Positions 12,634 to 26,620 are shown, counted from the first letter of the stretch. The stretch is DNA of 64,000 nucleotides from Octopus bimaculoides (GCF_001194135.2 NC_068991.1:54400950-54464949), one strand, 5' to 3'. A program made the numbers and translations. The notes: generated by a model not told the origin, from the letters alone.

Positions 12634-14899
12634 GTGCGTGTGTGTGTGTGTGTGTGTAATACTCTTGTCTTGATTCACTCACATTATTTCTCTCCTTGCC
12701 CTTTTACTTTCTAGTCTAAGTTTCTGAAGAAATTAACCCAATTGACACTCACATTAATTCCCAGCTGTTCAAAACACTTAAGTACAGCAGCATTAAGGTC
12801 TTCATAATTCTCTGCTGTGACATTAACAAACATTTCCTACATATTTTCGTAAGAAAGTGTTGATTGCTGTTTTGTTAGAAGTTAGTAAGAGGATCATGAA
12901 ATACTTCTTTCATTTTCCATACTTTATCAGGAATAAGGCAGTGACATGGCAGAATCATTAGCACACTGGGCAAAAATGCTTAGTGGCATTTCATCTGTCT
13001 TTACGTTCTGAGTTCAAATTTCACCAAGGTTGACTTTGCCTTTCATCCTTTCAGGGTCAATAAAATAAGTACCAGTTGGGCACTGGGGTTGATGAACTCA
13101 ACTTTCCTCTTCCCACCAAACTTGCTGGCACTGTGCCAAAATTCTAAATCAGTATTTTATTGGGAATAAGCAAACGTTATTAGTATGAATATTTAAAACC
13201 TTGCTCTTCATTAAAATCATTCAAATAAGGCTTCACAAGTTTTAGTAATATTTGAAATGCAGAAAGATGGTGAGCTGGCACAATCATTAGTACACCAGGC
13301 AAAATACTTTGCATCATTTCATCTGTCTTTTACATTCTGAGTTCAAATTCCACTGAGATCAACTTTGCCTTTCTTCCTTTTTGAATTGATAAATAAGTAC
13401 CAGTTGAGTACTGGTGTCAATGTAATCAACTTACACCCCCCCCCCGAAACTACAGGCCTTGTGCCAAAATTTGAAACCAGTATTTGAAATGCAAGAAGCA
13501 AAATTTTGGTATCAATCCATTTAAAACCACACCAAAGTCAACCTCAGCAGGATTTGAACCCAAAATGTGAACCCAACAGGTGAAATGCAGCTTAGCATTT
13601 TGCTTGACATGCTAATGACTCTGCCATCTTGCAAGAGTCCCATCAAACTATATGTCTTCAACTATAGCCCAGGGTGGCAGTAGAAGACACTGCCACTGTC
13701 CAAGGTATGGCATAGTGGGGCTGAATCCAAAACCTCACAATCGCAAAGTAAACTTCATAGTAACACGACTATAACTTTGTTAAAGATGGATTAAATAACC
13801 AGTTAGACCTGAAGTAAATCAATTTCTTTGTAAAGTATATGTTATTTTTACGTTTGAATAATAAAAAAAAAAGATCTCCTCTTAATAGATACCTAACATC
13901 TTATTTTTCATAACATAACTGATTTATTGGTTTTGCATTCTGACACANNNNNNNNNNNNNNNNNNNNNNNNNNNNNNNNNNNNNNNNNNNNNNNNNNNNN
14001 NNNNNNNNNNNNNNNNNNNNNGGGTGGGGTGGGTTAAGTTGATTACATCAACCCAAATGTTCACCTGATACTTATTTTATCAGCCCTGAAAGGATGAGAG
14101 GCAAAGTCGACCTCAGCAGGATTTGAACTTAAAATGTAAATACCGGTGAAAAGCTGCTGAGCATTTTGCTCAACATGCTAATGATTTTGCTAGCTTGCCA
14201 GAGATAGTTATCTTTAAAAAAAAATTGCAATAACTGAACTTTCCTATTTCTATATAAATACCTTGTTCCAGGTACCAACTTAATTTATTTCAGTGTTGAT
14301 CCTGAGAATTCTTTTAGTGGATTCTTGATTCTTACTAAAGCCTTTGATACAGATACAACTGAAAATAAGGGTTCTTTTAGAGAAGGCAAAAATGTTCATA
14401 AAAATTCTGTCTCCAACTTACTTTCATGAAAAATAGATTTTAACAAAATTACACCTGAGTATGTAATATTCAAAATAACTTTATTGTTATGTGTCATCAT
14501 TTAACCACTTCACTACCACCACCACCACCATCACCACCACTGCTATCACTGCCATCATGACAGTCTTGATTAAACAGATCAGTGAACAAAGATACAATAG
14601 CCATCACCGTCTAATCTTATAAAATATATAATTATCAGTGACAGAAGGAGTATTAACACCTAAAGGTAATAACTATCCCCACTTAACAGTGGATACTGTT
14701 TTAGAACACAGAATGTTGTGACACTTACCATGAGAGGACCTTTCATATAGGCTTTTGAGAATCTTATGTTTTCCTTTTATTTTTTTATTTAGTATATTTA
14801 GGATTTACCTTATTTAATGCTTTGCTGAGGTCAACTTTGTCTTTAAATCCTTTCGGAGTCGGTGTAATTGACTAGTCCCCTCCCACTAAAATTTCAGGC

Positions 14900-15200
14900 T
14901 TCGAGCGAGGCCGTTGCCAGTACCGCTGGACTGGCTCCTGTGCAGGTGGCATGTAAAATACACCATTTTGAGTGTGGCCGTTGCCAGTACCATGTGACTG
15001 GCCCTCGTGCCAGTGGCACGTAAAAAGCACCCACTACACTCTCGGAGTGGTTGGCATTAGGAAGGGCATCCAGCTGTAGAAACTCTGCCAGATCAGATTG
15101 CAGCTTGGTGCAGCCTTCTGGCTTGTCAGTCCTCAGTCAATTCGTCCAACCCATGCTAGCATGGAAAGCGGACGTTAAATGATGATGATGATGATGATGT
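14900..15200 (+). mobile_element. RTE 3' UTR-type repeat (RTE-tail SINE or truncated LINE), well preserved
   Basis: Same sequence family as 24230-24515, with (GAT)n tail. Other copies near 6344-6470, 7040-7346, 38320-38585, 53680-53880 and 60575-60835 (+). Confidence 0.8.
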
Positions 15201-15937
15201 GCCTTTTAGTTGAAAGGATTATTTAATGCTCCTCACCTTTTTTGTAAGTTGTTAGCATGTGAATGGAAAAAGATTTGGCTGCTATTTCTAGTTGGGCAAG
15301 TTACCCATGCAAAGGCTTCCTTACTTTCATTTTTGCTGTTTATTTATTAATTATTTTTATTCTTTCTTTCTAAATATTATATGTAAAGTTGTAAGTACAA
15401 GTTGCTAACAGCAATAGCAAAACTACATCAATAGTATTTTCACTGAACTGAAAGTTATGCGATAATCAGAAAACTGTTACTTTAAGATAACTGACATTCC
15501 CAAATGGTAACAATCTTTGATAAATGTTATGATTCCTGCAGGAAGTTGAATGTTGCCTGATCACCTATGTATTTGTTTGCAGCTATTCAACAGTCCGGTA
15601 TTCAGCAGCTCACTCACTTCACACACAAATTTATCCAATATAGCTGTAACTCTATACTTCACTTGCTATATTATTATTTGCTTTACTCTCAAAGAACCAT
15701 TTTCCCCCACCTCTTAACATCTTACCTAGCTTTGATTTTATTGTAGTCTTATTCTCCTTCACACCAACTACATTATAAGGTTGTTGTCTTATTCCTTGCC
15801 TTACTCTCTTTTATTAAACCAAGTTATTACCAATCTTTTAAAATAACAAACAAACACAAGAAGTTATTGTTACCTCTTAACGAATAACTTTTAATTACAA
15901 ACTTCTATTTTTAAAAGAGAATAGTTAAATGATGCAA

Positions 15938-15989
<52 letters not shown>

Positions 15990-16245
15990 NNNNNNNNNNN
16001 NNNNNNNNNNNNNNNNNNNNNNNNNNNNNNNNNNNNNNNNNNNNNNNNNNNNNNNNNNNNNNNNNNNNNNNNNNNNNNNNNNNNNNNNNNNNNNNNNNNN
16101 NNNNNNNNNNNNNNNNNNNNNNNNNNNNNNNNNNNNNNNNNNNNNNNNNNNNNNNNNNNNNNNNNNNNNNNNNNNNNNNNNNNNNNNNNNNNNNNNNNNN
16201 NNNNNNNNNNNNNNNNNNNNNNNNNNNNNNNNNNNNNNNNNNNNN

Positions 16246-16305
<60 letters not shown>

Positions 16306-17084
16306 AATCTTGCTGAGGTATTTTTATGTAGCTAGTCATGGTGCTATTTTTAACATCTGATATTAGATACAAGCCTAACCAGATACTCATCACAGATGCT
16401 TGGCCAAATTAGGAATAGCAACATCAAGCTGATATACTGGAAACTTTCCAGAAACAACAAAGGGAAGGGTTATACATGATAATCAGCAGCAGCAGCACAA
16501 GCAACTGGAGCAGCAGCAGCAATGGTACTACTTCTGCTCCCAGCAGCCTTATGAGTTGTATATTATCATCACTACCAACAATATCAATATATAAATTATA
16601 AATTATGTCTCACTGTTACCAGCTGGAGTATTACTTTTCTTTAAACGACAGTAATCCTAGCAACAATATTGTATTTATTCACAATAACAGCTAACAAAAC
16701 TAAAACTGTTTAAAAGAAAATAAAAAAAACAAAAGCTATTTTATGTTATTTCATTTTTATAGTAAATATTTATACGTGTAACATAGTGTGTAGTGTCTTT
16801 AATGTAAAAATATCATGGAATGTGTATTCAAGAATGGCCTGAATGATTCTAACCTTTACCCAAATCATTTTAGTCCCAGAACACACTCTCGTATCAAATT
16901 ACTTACCAGTCATGGCTGTGTGGTAAGGAGCTTGCTTCCCAATTACATGGCTCTGGGTTCAGTCCCACTGTGTGGCACCTAGGACAAGCGTTTTTCACTA
17001 TAACTTTGGGCTGACCAGAGCCTTCTGAATGGATTTGGTAGACAGAAACTGAAAGAAGCCTGTTGTGTGTATGTATGTATGTAT

Positions 17085-17470
17085 TTATATATAATAAAGC
17101 TCATATAATAATCTATAGAATAAAGCTCAACATCTGTGTGTCTGTGTGTCTGTAAATCTATAGGGCGAAAGGGAATAGAAGATACATAAAAGCAAAGTAT
17201 GTGTTCTCATGTAAAATTTTACAAGAAAGACGATGAGGTACATAAAATTTACTTTCCAGTGTGATTAGGGGGCTTAAAGTGGGGGAAAACACTCCAAGTG
17301 AAATTTCTGATTTCAATGAAAATGACAACATTATTAGGTACTAAATAAAATTGGTTTTGAAAATTTCATCATCTTACAATAATATTTAACCCCCACACCC
17401 AATGGAGTTTATAGCACAGCACTGAGCCCCTATGAAAGAGCAAATACATTCACTTTTCATCGAAGATACA
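17085..17470 (+). mobile_element. Possible non-autonomous Helitron-like fragment
   Basis: Duplicated start tatatataataaagctc / tctatagaataaagctcaacatctgtgtgtctgtgtgtctg resembles Helitron 5' ends; no CTRR 3' end seen. Confidence 0.3.
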
Positions 17471-17531
17471 CAAAGTTTAAGTATGTACTCTTGAATAAGT
17501 GTACTACAAAACTTCAACAATGCATATCTCA

Positions 17532-17589
<58 letters not shown>

Positions 17590-17683
17590 ATAAGAAGGAC
17601 AACAAAAGAAAGAAAGAAACCTCGATATTATGCATATAGAGGATTTTATCTGTAAAAATATGTGACACTTATTCAGTAGCCAT

Positions 17684-17745
17684 GATAAAACTCTGAGTTT
17701 CAGATGCCAGGGTGGGAGCCCATGCCAACATCTCTTCAGTTATCC
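17684..17745 (-). ncRNA. Minimal type I hammerhead motif with a slightly irregular helix II junction
   Basis: GAUAA CUGAAGA GAUGUUGG...CUGGCAUC U GAAA CUCAGAG UU UUAUC. 5 bp helix I, near-palindromic ACUCAGAGU, GUU triplet. Confidence 0.6.
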
Positions 17746-17789
17746 AGCAAATTGAAAATTCCTGTGAAAATTCCTGCTCAACCTCACCA

Positions 17790-19100
17790 ATGCTCTATTC
17801 ATGGAGCAAGCTGTACTCAGACCAACTAGGACAAATAACATTCTGGATCTCTGCTTCATGAACAATATGGACATCATTCATGATGTGAAAGTGACGCCAA
17901 CATTAGTCTCAGATCACAACATAATAGAGCTTTCTATGTTTGGGCCGAAAGTAACCAGAGACATACAGCCTAAAGGAAGCACCTGAAATCTCTCCAATCT
18001 GAACTTCCACAAAGCAGACTGGAAATCAATCCAAAAAGAGATCCTCAGAAAGGACTGGCCACAATATCTCTCCACACCAGACATTGACATGAAACTAGAA
18101 TGTTTCATATCTGTTGTACAAGCCATATGCCAGAAACATGTCCCAGAGCACATGGCCAAAAGAAATACGAACAAAATTCCAAGGGAGAGGAAGATCCTCA
18201 TGAGACGACGGATGAAGGTTGCAAATCGACTTAACCAACATCCCAAAAGTAGCAAAAGGTCCCATCAGTGTTGTTAAAACAACATTGATGGAGATTGAAA
18301 AAAGGTTGCAACAATCCTATGTGAGGGAGAAAGCAGGCAAAGAAGCTTGGGTTATAAAAAACATTAAGTCAAACCCAAAGGCCTTCTTTCATTATGCAAA
18401 AGAAACAGCCTCAGTATGCTGTAAGATAGGACCCCTCTTCCAAAAGGATGGCTCTCTAACAGACAGTCCAACTAGGATCAGTGAAATACTGAATGACCAG
18501 TTCAGAAGTGTTTTACCACCCCATTGGAACACAGACAAGTGAACGAACCAGTGGATTTCTTTGCCACCTCACCTATAACCAGCAAGGCAGTTACGATGGA
18601 ATACATTGACATTAGTGAAGAAGATATACTACTAGCCACAGATGAAGTGGACACAAACTCAACTGCTGGTTCTGATGGTTTCCCAGCAATCCTCCTCAAA
18701 TTGTATAAGCATGCCCTGGCAAAACCCCTCCAGATTCTCTTCCAGAGCTTTCTTGCAAATGGCAGACTGCCAAGCAAGCTGAAGGAGGGAATAATATGCC
18801 TAATCCATAAAGGGGGAAGCAGAGCAGATGCCAAAAACTATAGGCCTATCTCTCTGACTTCACACATCAGCAAAGTCATGGAAAGGATAGTCAGAGGAAA
18901 ACTAATCGCATTCCTTGAAGAAAATAACTTGCTGAGTGATACCCAGCATGGCTTTCGACCAGGTAGGAGCTGCCTGACCCAGCTCTTACAACATTATAAC
19001 TGGGTGTTGAAGCAGTTACTCAAATGTGGACGTAATATACCTTTATTTTGCAAGCAAAAGCTTTTGACAAAGTGGATCATGATATGATATGCTACAAACT
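17790..19100 (+). mobile_element. CR1-group LINE ORF2 fragment (end of APE endonuclease, linker, RT domains 0-3); frameshifted and truncated
   Basis: PTRTNNILDLCF...VSDHNII (APE C-terminus); GSDGFPAILLK...LAKPLQILF...NYRPISLTSHISKVMERIV...QHGFRPGRSCLTQLL; FDKVDH at about 19065; ends at a (TG)n SINE half. Confidence 0.92.
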
Positions 19101-19329
19101 GTGTATGTGTGTGTGTGCATGTATTTGTGTGCCTGTGTTTACCCCCTCACTATCGTTTGACAAGCGGTGTTTGTGTGTTTACGTCTCCATAACTTAGCGG
19201 TTTGACAAAAGAGACCGATAGAATAAGTACTCAGCTTACAAAGAATAAGTTTGGAGTCAATTTGTTCAACTAAAGGTGGTACTCCAGCATGGCCACAGTC
19301 AAATGACTGAAACAAGAAAAAAAATAAAA

Positions 19330-19401
<72 letters not shown>

Positions 19402-20083
19402 TTGCATCTGATGACATAATGTAATAGGTATGTACAATAAGTGCTTAGGTTGGTTTAATTGAACTGCAACTAAAACATGACAAAACTGGTGTTGTAGCTG
19501 CCTAGCGATGAATGACTATAAGAGGTTCCTCACTCAGTAGGTAGATATATTATAAGAAAGAAAGAATGAACAAGCATAACAGGCGTTATCACTTTAAAGC
19601 TCATAATTTATAATTCAAACATAATTACAGAGTATTTACAGAGTAAATAGGAGATTAAGAAGTCATGCATAAAGTGTTTTACAACTGTTTCTAGAATAGT
19701 TGTGCATATGGTAGGGGCTTATCACAGTGAGCAAAGATTTCTACATAAAGGCCAATTATTCCATCTTCAGAGAGGAATATCCTTAATAAAGGATATTCTT
19801 TAATATTAAGGAATATCCTTAATAAAGGATATTAGTAGTTACCATTTCCATCGTCGAAAAATTAAGGAATATCCTTAGTAAACGATATTAGTTGTTACCA
19901 GTTTTATCATCAAAGTTCAACAATAACATATGATTACCATCTAAACAGCTGTGCCGAATCACCTCATTCTGGATAATGAAATAGTTTTTTTTCTCTCATA
20001 ATTTTCATACTTTATTGACATGTAAAACAATGTATGATATCAGTCATTAAGTTTCTTATTTCTTTCTTTTCTTTTTATTGCAG

Positions 20084-20185
20084 GATGTACCACCTGATAT
20101 GTCAGTATGTGCCTTTGTTCTGGAACAAGCTCTCTCAGTCAGAGCTTTACAAGAGATGGTCACATCAGCTTCCCATGATTCAAGG
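20084..20185 (+). CDS. RyR: Ryanodine receptor, exon equivalent to RYR exon 3 (102 nt, phase 0-0)
   Basis: ttttattgcag acceptor, AGG/gtaaat donor. Translates [34 protein letters not shown], matching Ry[22 protein letters not shown]. Confidence 0.97.
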
Positions 20186-20294
20186 GTAAATGTTTTACGC
20201 AATTTGTATTTTTAGTATTAAAATTCTTAAGACTTGAGTGAAAATTTTATTCAGAAAGTACAACTGGTAGGATAACCAAATTATATGCGCGCGC

Positions 20295-20331
<37 letters not shown>

Positions 20332-22689
20332 TATTTGGACTTTGGGTATATGTCTATTAATATGTTAATTAAAGCACTTTCACTGCTTGGGCTATCTGAT
20401 GTCATCCACAGTTATGGTATAATTTTCACTGAATCCACATCAGGAATTCTGAAGTGTTTGTTTGGTTTATAATTGATGATGGAAACAGAAAATGGAAAAG
20501 GAGCTGCCTGAACAGAGGGATTTTAAGGGAGTGTGTCACAAGACCAGACATTTTTTTCTTTATATAGTACTATATCAGAATCATGACACACTAGAGGAAT
20601 ATATACATTAGTCGCTTCTTCCAGGAACCACAAATTTCAGTGACTTGTGGAGGACCTACTGTCACATTCCTGAAATTGATGGTTATAATTTTTGAAATAG
20701 AATGGTGAGCCACAGCATTGAATTTATTAACTTGAAAGATAGTACCCACATGCAACAAGTAGAAAAAAGAACATGGGCCTGTGTAAATTGAAGGAATAAA
20801 TGATGCTGTGGGACCCATCATTCTATGGCTGACTCATATTTCTGCAAGTTTATATAGCACAGGAGATATGAAAATTGAAATTTGTTTCAGAAAAGTCTCC
20901 TGAAACATATCTCAGACTTTCATTTTGGAATTTTTACCACAAAACATGTATTAATTGTTTACATGAGCAGAATTATTATTACAGTAGTGTAACGTCCAGT
21001 TTGTTTAACACAAATTTGTATTCATAATGTTATGATAGACAGCTATCATGCAGAAAGTACCAGCTTCCAAATCCTGTTTTCCAACTGGGTAAAAATGATC
21101 ACACTTTAATCCACTGTAACATTTTTCTAAAATTTTTCTGGAACAAGTGAATAATAAAATCCAATGAACACAAAAAATTTCATCAATATATCAAATTAAA
21201 AAATTTTCACTTAATTTTAAAATTAAAAAAACTGTGGTAGCAACGGAAATGATCCACACTGATATTTCTGTGTATATCTTTAAATACATCTGATGAAGAT
21301 AGATTTCAGAAAAATCTTTATGCCTGGGGAAAAAATTTAGTATTTAATTTAATACTCACCTGGTTAAGCTTGCACTCATATTTACATTAATTCAATCATG
21401 TCACTCATTATAATCTGACCTGACACATGTTATTTGCCTGTCTATCCCTCTGTTTGATTTAACATGTACCAGCTTGATTGATACATTGCCTATAGCCAAT
21501 CTTCATTTAGGCAACCACCACATCCCAGCATTTAATGTTGGAGTTTAAGCACAGATTCAGCCTGAACACTAATTGTATACACCTACCTATTATTTTATAT
21601 CATTTGATATCTTCTTACCCATAATATATATATATAGTGGAGGCACGTGACTTAGTGGTTAGGGTGTTGGACTCATGATTGTAAGATTGTGATTTCGATT
21701 CCTGGACCAGGAGCAGAACATTTCTTTTCACATTGCTCACCATTTAATGCCTGTTTTCTATGCTGGCATTGGTTGGGCGTTTTGACAATTGTTGCCAGAA
21801 GACAGCACTAAGTTCCAATGTTTGCTTTGACATAGTTTCTATGACCAAATGCCCTTCTGAATACCAATCACATTACGAAGTGTACTGGGTTTTTTTTACA
21901 TGGCATTGGCACCAGTAAGATCACCAAGTAACTTGCAAGACAAGAAAACTTCAATTAAGTGAGTAGTGATATTGGGGGAGGTGGTTTTATGCCAAGTGTT
22001 GAGAGGGACAGGAACAGGTGTTTTGTTGTCGGGGAGATACATGGTTACTTCAGTTGGAAAAGAGGGATATGTCAAGGCCTGCACACAAAAGTTACATGAA
22101 GATGAATGTAAGAGAAGAGGTACAAAGGATTGGGCAGGGTGAGTGTGTAGGGGAGTAAGTTCACAAGAGTGTGAAAGGAGAGTGGCAGACGGACAGAGAT
22201 AGAGATAGAGGTGAATCCAGTGAGTGAAAAGTAAAAGGTAAGGTTACTTTCTCAAGTCATACCGACTCATATGGGCTGGTTTCCCAATTTCCATGGTGAA
22301 TAAATTTCCCACCTGGATGGGACAGCAGTCCATCACAGGATTACTCACTTTTGCCAGCTGAGTGGACTGAAGCAATGTGAAATGAAATGTTTTGCTCAAG
22401 AACACAACGCATTGCCTGGTCCAGGAATCAAAACCACAATCTTACTATCATGAGTCCAACACCCTCTAACCACTAAGTCACATGCCTCCACAATCCAGTG
22501 AGTGGTGAATGAGAGTGAAGAGGAGTATCAGGAAGAGGAGTTGTGGGAGGGGTGGGTGTTAGGAAGATGCATTGTGAGGGAGACATTTGTCAAGGATAGA
22601 TTGTGTGCAGGTGAATAGACATAAACATTATGTTTTAGGGCCTCATTTTTGCTTAGATGGATGGTTCTTCTCAAGTAAAGCAAATTGCC

Positions 22690-23410
22690 AATGATCTCAG
22701 TTTGAACATATTGAATATAACCATTTTCCTGAAAGGATTAGCATATTGTTTGTTTTTATGCTTACCAGAACTTTGGGGGGTTTTGAGTTAACACTGAAGA
22801 CCTTTAATTCCAAGTTTTCCTTTCCCACCTGGAATTTCTTTTCTAATTCTACTACAGTTTCTGTTATAAGAACAAGACCATCAGGATAGAGAAGCTCCCT
22901 TGGATAACCAGTCTTAAAGTCCTTTGTTATGGCCTGGAGGACTGTGATAAATAAGAGGAAGATGAAAACTGGGCCCTGGTGAATTCCTACCTCTACACTA
23001 AATTTGTTGTCATATTCATTTTTATTTTCATCTTACTGACAACACACTTGTACATGGCCTGAATGACTCTCGCCAGTCATTTGTCCACCCCTAGCTCCTG
23101 AGGTGACCACCAGATGAAGACGTGGGGGATCCTGTCAAAGGCTTTCTCCATGTCAACAAATACCAAGTACAGCAATTTATTTTTAACTAAATGCTTCTAC
23201 AGTTGCCTTATTAGGAAGATAGCATCAGTAGTGCTTCTCCCAGACAAAAAACAAAAAAAAAACTACTTATCTAGACAAATTTTCTTTCTAATTAAGTAGG
23301 CAATGTCTCTTACCATACTTTCATAACCTGGTTCAGTAGTTTGATGCCTCTGTAATTATTTCTACCTAAGGCATCTCTTTTGTCCTTGTAACAGTTGACT
23401 ATTATGCACT
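22690..23410 (-). mobile_element. RTE-clade LINE RT fragment, decayed
   Basis: Minus strand reads LYLVFVDMEKAFDRIP...VGIHQG...LFITVLQAITKDFKTG..RELLYPDGLVL (decayed YADD); homologous to 43630-43900. Confidence 0.85.
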
Positions 23411-24059
23411 AGGTAAGATACCTTTCTGCACAACCTGATTAACTAGATGTCTGAAACCAGAGGGTTACAAAGCAAGCTTCTTAACCTCACAGCCATGCAT
23501 TTTTAGTGCGCTGTCTATTTTTCAAGTCTTCACTAGTCCACCCAAGATTCTCACCCAAGATGAAAACCCTGGCCACTTTGAGGCATTGAAACTTCTGTTT
23601 CCACAGTAAATGTTTCCTCTAAAAATGTACTGGGTTCTCTTTTTCTCATACAACAGAGTATATTTTGCTTATTCACGTATGTATGTATGTATGTGAGTTT
23701 CATTAATTTTATGATTCAAGTAGTCACTGTGGTGTTTGGAAGACTGACATAATTTAAATGTGCTCACAACTCTTCTCTCTTAGTCTATGCCACATCACTA
23801 GTGGATGTTGTCTCCAACTCAAGAGTAAATTTCCTTTCAACTTATATATGATGACGTTGGGATATGGTAATATGAGAGAGGGAGAAAAAGAAAGAAATGA
23901 GAAGAAGTGAAGTAGGCATGGATGAAGTGGAGGGAAAAACTGGGGTGTGAGGTGATTTGAGGGTAAGAATGGGATTATCAAACTAAGAATGGGCGAAGAA
24001 ATAAAAGAAAAACATTCATTTAAAGCCATCAATATTTTAATTCTGTGTTTGAATATTAA

Positions 24060-24481
24060 AAGACGTTGGACCTTTGGAAATGTGCTGTGCGTGAGAAGAC
24101 CCGGCAAGCCAAGTGAGATCGTTGCCAGTGCCCCTGGACTGGCTCTTGTGCGGGTGGCACATAAGATGTACCATCCTGAGCGTGACCGTTGCCAGTACCG
24201 CCTGACTGGCCTTGTAGGGTTTTTGAGTGAGATCGTTGCCAGTGCCCCTGGACTGGCTCTTGTGCGAGTGGCACATAAAAGACACCATTTCAAGCGTGGC
24301 CATTTTCGTGCGGGTGACACGTAAAAGCACCCACTAAACTCTCTGAGTGGTTGGCGTTAGGAAGGGCATACAGCTGTAGAAACTCTGCCAAATTAGATTG
24401 GAGCCTGGTGTAGCCATCCGGTTGCACCAGTCCTCAGTCAAATCGTCCAACCCATGCTAGCATGGAAAGCGGACGTTAAAC

Positions 24482-24515
<34 letters not shown>
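24060..24515 (+). mobile_element. 5'-truncated RTE LINE 3' end (last ORF codons plus 3' UTR) with (GAT)n tail; CpG-rich, young-looking
   Basis: ctttggaaatgtgctgtgcgtgagaagacccggcaagccaagtga (..LWKCAVREKTRQAK*), then a duplicated gagatcgttgccagtgcc unit, gttggcgttaggaagggc, catggaaagcggacgttaaacgatgatgat. Confidence 0.8.
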
Positions 24516-25620
24516 TTGCTTCTGTTTGTGTCATGATGTGTAAAGATGCCACAGAGAAATAAAGGAGTTATGGAATGATTCACTGTAGTGAAGTAGTGTT
24601 GAGTTGGCATATGCAGCAGTGAGCTTTAAATACGTTCACATAAGGGATTGGCAAGGTGGTAGCCAGTTTCCTCAGTCTAGGTTTTCAGATGATGCAATAT
24701 ATGAAGTTAGAAAATAAGCAGCTGAAGTTTTGTGTATAGTGACATGGGTTGTGGTAATAGCATTGTTAATGTAGAGACAGGTTTTACATGGTTGCATGCA
24801 GCATTCAAACTAGAACCTTTCCAACCACTCCAGTTCTTGGGTCTTGCTATCACAGAGGGTCTCTCTTGGTGAAGAGACATCTTTCACAAACTTAGGTCTA
24901 CATCCCAATGACTTGCTCTGTCTTCAGAGTCAGAAAGTACTTCAGCACTCTTTTTTGCAAAATATATTGATATTCAACAAAATTCAGGTGAGATTTAAAT
25001 GGAATACTACTTTACCCTCGGACAGCACTGTTGTTGCATGCACAGATGCCTTAAACTGCATCCAGAAAAGAGACACCTGACTGACAGTCTTAAAGTCATC
25101 AACTGACATGCACCCCTTCACCTCTGCCTCACGAATGCACTGTGTCTTTTCTCTGTCTTTTGTGTCCCAACTATAATGGCCTGTGCTCCTCAGATCAGTT
25201 GAATTCATTCTGCCTCCACTCAAGCATTTCTGTGCTACTTATATCTTCTCTTCTCATCACCAGTGCTGTCTCCACACTCACCACCAACTGGTGCATTAAT
25301 TATTATGCCCAGTTTTTACTTGTCAGAACATCACCCTACTGAAATTCATTTGCTGCTCAGGTCTTTCCTTCCCCATGTTGTTGACAGACAAAAGTTCAAG
25401 AAGTACCCATCTCTTTAGTCTACTGGTGGGGTGGGGAAAGGCAGGATCGTTGTCTCTTTCTCCAGAACCAGAAACTAGAAATATGCATGCATATATGTAC
25501 GTATGTGTGTGTGTCTAGAGAGAGAGAGATTGAGATATATGCATACATACAGATATGTACATAAATATATAGATAGCTAGTTAGATACACAGATAGACAG
25601 ATATACTACAGTGTGTGTGT

Positions 25621-25664
<44 letters not shown>

Positions 25665-26249
25665 GCAGTCCAACAATGGCTTAAATGACTGAGACTTTGA
25701 AGTTATTGTGAATAATATTCTTGTTTAAAAATATTAAATTTGTACTCAAGAGTAACCCATCAGGTTAATGGAAAATTGTTTTTATTATAACTGAACATAA
25801 AAAGAAGCATTTATTTATACACACGCACATGCACGCGCTCACACACACACATCCATGTATATTTATGTGCACATACGCATATTTATATGAAAAGAGTGAC
25901 AGAAATAGTAAATAGGAATTGCTGTGAAGGGTGGAATATCCTATGTTAGAGATGAGAATGAGAGAAAAAGAAAAAAGAAAGCCAGCTTCCCATAGCAATT
26001 TCTCTGTACTATTTCTGTTGTTTTTTCCTAATAATACAAGTCTTTACAATGCCAGCCATTATGAGTATCCTTGATTATAAATAGATATACATAAGCATAT
26101 CTGTATACACAAAGAGTGTAAAGAACAGCCAGTGATAAGTTGTGAGCAAGTAAGGCTTTGTAACATGTACCTTGCTTTCATTAATTGTTTTAGGGTCCCA
26201 TATAGTTTCAAGCAGATAGAGACATCCTCTCTAAGGACTTCATAAGTAG

Positions 26250-26620
26250 CAGAACTACAGAAGTAGTTAGCAGTAAGAGCATTGGTGAAATAAATTCTTT
26301 CAAATACTCAAGGGCTCTCCTAGAGATATTTGGCAGCTTCTGTTACTTAGATGATCTAATCAGGAATATATACAGTGGGCATTCTGAAATTATAGAAACC
26401 AAAATTTTAAAAAGCATTAGAAAAGACTTGAGAGTTACTGTTACCTCTACTTGCAATAAAGGTATTTTCTCTCAAAGTGAAAGGCATATTTTCGAAGTGT
26501 GATATTTGCAGAGTAGTAAAACATATACAGTGAATGGAGAAGATTCTATGAAGGCTGAAAATAAATTAGATGCAGGTATATGGTAAAAAAAATGATCTGT
26601 AGACTGTTGATAGAAATTCA
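26250..26620 (+). mobile_element. RTE LINE fragment, heavily decayed
   Basis: LEIFGSFCYLDDLI...LLPLLAIKVFSLKVKG resembles the RTE post-RT region (VDSFCYLGD...LLPLL..KG.SL.VKG). Confidence 0.6.

Noticed and set aside
16475-16560. CAG-rich stretch suggesting a polyQ or polyS exon
   Set aside because: No convincing splice sites and no homology; low-complexity intron sequence.
21636-21710. tRNA-like sequences with A and B boxes (also 8760, 29370, 41108, 56720)
   Set aside because: They continue straight into SINE bodies and lack a pairing acceptor stem; SINE heads, not tRNA genes.
24800-25340. GC-richer block with several 60-80 aa ORFs on both strands
   Set aside because: No recognisable domain or splice pattern; probably an old unclassified TE fragment.
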